Source: a virus
Lineage: Duplodnaviria > Caudoviricetes
IMG/VR virus record: IMGVR_UViG_2510065010_000001
Location: 131,040 to 195,039 of that record
Length of the DNA stretch: 64,000 nucleotides
Direction: 5' to 3' (one strand)
A program made the position numbers and the translations under genes. Shown one piece after another: positions 61,889 to 64,000 of this stretch. Each line of letters starts with the position of its first letter. Within the stretch, counting starts at the first letter, position 1. The notes beneath the pieces are model-generated. The model did not search any database and was not told the DNA's origin. It was given only the letters and a program-made list of their open reading frames with translations.

Positions 61889-64000
61889 ATGCCTATTAAT
61901 TTACCTGACCTTCGGCTTGGTCTGAAACAAGTTAACACAGGACTTGCTCCAAACGATGGTCAGGGGGAAGACTTAAGAAGTGCTTTTGATAAGGTTAACT
62001 TCAACACAAACATCTTAGCCAACATGGTTGGCGAAGCACTTACTAACACTAAAGATTATTGGGTATCTACTAGTGGAGTTGATACCAACAATGGATTAAC
62101 TGAAGGGACCGCTTTTCGAACAATTAGTAAAGCCGTATCCACCATTTATAAAGACCTGAAACTTAGTGGGCAGCAGGCAACTATCAATTTAATGCCTGGT
62201 GACTACGTTGAATCTATTCTTATTAATGGTTTACCTGATGGGGCTTATGGAGTAAATGCTCCTATTAGAATTCGTAAAGCAGCTGGACAAGCCGGAACTG
62301 TTTATTGGTCTTTCAATCCTGCTAATCACAATTACGCTTTAAGAATCAGTGGCGGAGCTAGGGTGCTACTAGATGGTATTCATTTTCGTACCTCTGTCCC
62401 AGGTTCTCTCAATGCAGGTAAACATTTAATAGATGTACTTTCTAGTTCTAGCCTTTGGCTTGGTTCCTGTGAATTTGCGTTGATGGGAGCAACTACCCTT
62501 AATGATGCCGTACACATTTATGTGTACAACGACTCGGAGCTTCAGCTACAAAAGGCGTACACAATCAAGGGAGGGGGCACAACTCATATTTATGTTGGAG
62601 ATGGCTCAAAAGTTTGGAGTCCTCCATCAACAGGTGACCCTAAAATTTGTACGTTGGATGGCACAGTCGAATTTCGTGAATTCATTCAGGTTCGAGGACG
62701 CTCTGATGTCCAGTTGTCTGCAGACAATATTCAGTATCAGGGCAACTTACAAGGAAGACAGTTCAACACAGACATTTTTTCTACCGTTCAATTAGGTGTA
62801 AACCTTTTACCCAACAGTGCTCAGGTAGGTACCTATGAACAACAGTCGTTAAACGGTTCGCTCACCTTTCTGTCTCCCACCACGATGGCAGCAAGTCTGT
62901 CAGTACTGGGGACATCTAGCTTCCAGGGAGCAATGACTGTTAGTGGTCAAGCTACTTTTTCAAACACAACCAATTTTACAAGTGCAGTCTCACTTACGGG
63001 TATTACCACTGCTTCTGCCCCTCCCAATGACGACAACAGTGGACGAGTAGCTACTACTGGGTTTGTTCAACAAGTTGTCCAGGATAAAATTTTGGCAGCA
63101 GTAGGTATTGCAACCCCCGCGTTATTCGGTTTAGTCAAAATTGATGGTGCTGACGCTGACCCGATCGTTTATCGGAAAGTCACAGTTGATACGCTACTTG
63201 GCTTAAAAGCAAATTTAGCCAGCCCGACTTTTACTGGAGAACCAAAAGCACCCACTCCTTCCAGTGCAGACAATTCAACAAATTTGGCAACAACAGCTTG
63301 GGTGCGAAATTACACTGCTGGTATCTCTTCAATGCCAACAGGTGCAATTTTACCATTTGCTGGTCCAACTACTGCAATTCCCTCAGGATGGCTCTTGTGT
63401 GATGGAGCATATGTAAGCCGCACTACCTACGCCACATTGTTTACTGCAATAGGTACACGCTGGGGTTCTACGTCTGAAAGTAATTTCAGATTACCCTTAT
63501 TAACTGATAGAGGGTTGATGGGTGCTGCAGCCGACGAAAACGTTGGACAGCTAAGTGGTTCTGCAAGCGTAACACTGACTACACCTAATCTTCCAGCACA
63601 TACACATAACGTCATCGATCCAGGACACGTTCACTCGACAACAGACCCAGGACATGCTCACGGCATTTCTGACCCAGGACACGTTCACGGTGTATTTGAC
63701 CCTGGACATTCGCACGTTGTCACCACGCCTATTGTCACGACTGGGTTAAACCCTCCCAACTTATTGTGGGAAGCTTGGAGCAACCCAGGTGCTGGAGCGT
63801 ATGGCAGTGCCACAGCCGTAACTGCACTAACAGGTATTTATATAGATAGAGCGTGGACTGGCATAACTATTAATGGCGCTTTAAGCAACTTGTCTATTAA
63901 CGCTTCTGGTACTGGAATTACCTTACAAAACACAGGCAGCGGTCAATCGTTCAGTGTTATTAATCCTCACGGAAAAGTCCACTGGATAATAAAAGCGTAG
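61889..64000 (+). CDS. tail fibre protein with tail-collar domain
   Basis: GEDLRSAFDKVN, KANLASPTFTG.P.APT, MPTGAILPFAG..PSGWLLCDG..VSRTTYATLF, HxH repeats; stop codon at 63998-64000. Confidence 0.9.
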   Translation: MPINLPDLRLGLKQVNTGLAPNDGQGEDLRSAFDKVNFNTNILANMVGEALTNTKDYWVSTSGVDTNNGLTEGTAFRTISKAVSTIYKDLKLSGQQATINLMPGDYVESILINGLPDGAYGVNAPIRIRKAAGQAGTVYWSFNPANHNYALRISGGARVLLDGIHFRTSVPGSLNAGKHLIDVLSSSSLWLGSCEFALMGATTLNDAVHIYVYNDSELQLQKAYTIKGGGTTHIYVGDGSKVWSPPSTGDPKICTLDGTVEFREFIQVRGRSDVQLSADNIQYQGNLQGRQFNTDIFSTVQLGVNLLPNSAQVGTYEQQSLNGSLTFLSPTTMAASLSVLGTSSFQGAMTVSGQATFSNTTNFTSAVSLTGITTASAPPNDDNSGRVATTGFVQQVVQDKILAAVGIATPALFGLVKIDGADADPIVYRKVTVDTLLGLKANLASPTFTGEPKAPTPSSADNSTNLATTAWVRNYTAGISSMPTGAILPFAGPTTAIPSGWLLCDGAYVSRTTYATLFTAIGTRWGSTSESNFRLPLLTDRGLMGAAADENVGQLSGSASVTLTTPNLPAHTHNVIDPGHVHSTTDPGHAHGISDPGHVHGVFDPGHSHVVTTPIVTTGLNPPNLLWEAWSNPGAGAYGSATAVTALTGIYIDRAWTGITINGALSNLSINASGTGITLQNTGSGQSFSVINPHGKVHWIIKA
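63616..63714 (+). repeat. 27-nt period coding repeat (four DPGHxH units)
   Basis: GATCCAGGACACGTTCAC / GACCCAGGACATGCTCAC / GACCCAGGACACGTTCAC / GACCCTGGACATTCGCAC. Confidence 0.85.

Noticed and set aside
288-63615. Numerous short antisense or nested ORFs in the track (e.g. 18287-18670, 59343-59855, 4270-4698)
   Set aside because: They lie within well-supported genes on the opposite strand or in another frame and have no motifs; treated as shadow ORFs.
63616-63714. Possible CRISPR array or DGR repeat
   Set aside because: These are in-frame coding repeats with synonymous variation and 9-nt linkers; there is no cas gene or reverse transcriptase in the window.
1-64000. tRNA/rRNA genes, integrase, or an alternative genetic code
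   Set aside because: None recognised. Intergenic gaps are short and genes read through intact in the standard code; the polA breaks are explained by the intron and the gene split.

Overview
This 64 kb window (about 40% GC, almost fully coding) is part of a large tailed dsDNA phage. The host is most likely a cyanobacterium: the window has a Cya1-type FHA-adenylate cyclase, a class II RNR, and over-represented HIP1 (GCGATCGC) sites. Bases 1-25.4k (+ strand) hold virion and packaging genes. These include the terminase large subunit, three tandem paralogous tail proteins, and a 5,284-aa protein with tandem PLD-like domains, an HExxH motif and three C-terminal peptidoglycan hydrolases. Bases 25.4-59.9k (mostly - strand) hold nucleotide metabolism and replication genes: NrdJ with two inteins, Dcd, HU/IHF, nucleases, primase, helicases, DnaX-like and probable DnaN/HolA-like proteins, a MoxR/vWA pair, a UDG-like protein and RecA with an intein. 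Bases 59.9-64k (+ strand) hold PhoH, a metallophosphoesterase and a tail fibre. Highlights not evident from the ORF track: (i) a 242-nt group I intron in motif B of PolA; (ii) PolA is also split into two genes separated by two small ORFs; (iii) a repeated YACATA-N18-TAnnnT element upstream of + strand structural genes, a candidate phage late promoter; (iv) an apparently catalytically dead RNase HII. All calls come from reading motifs by eye; no database searches were run.
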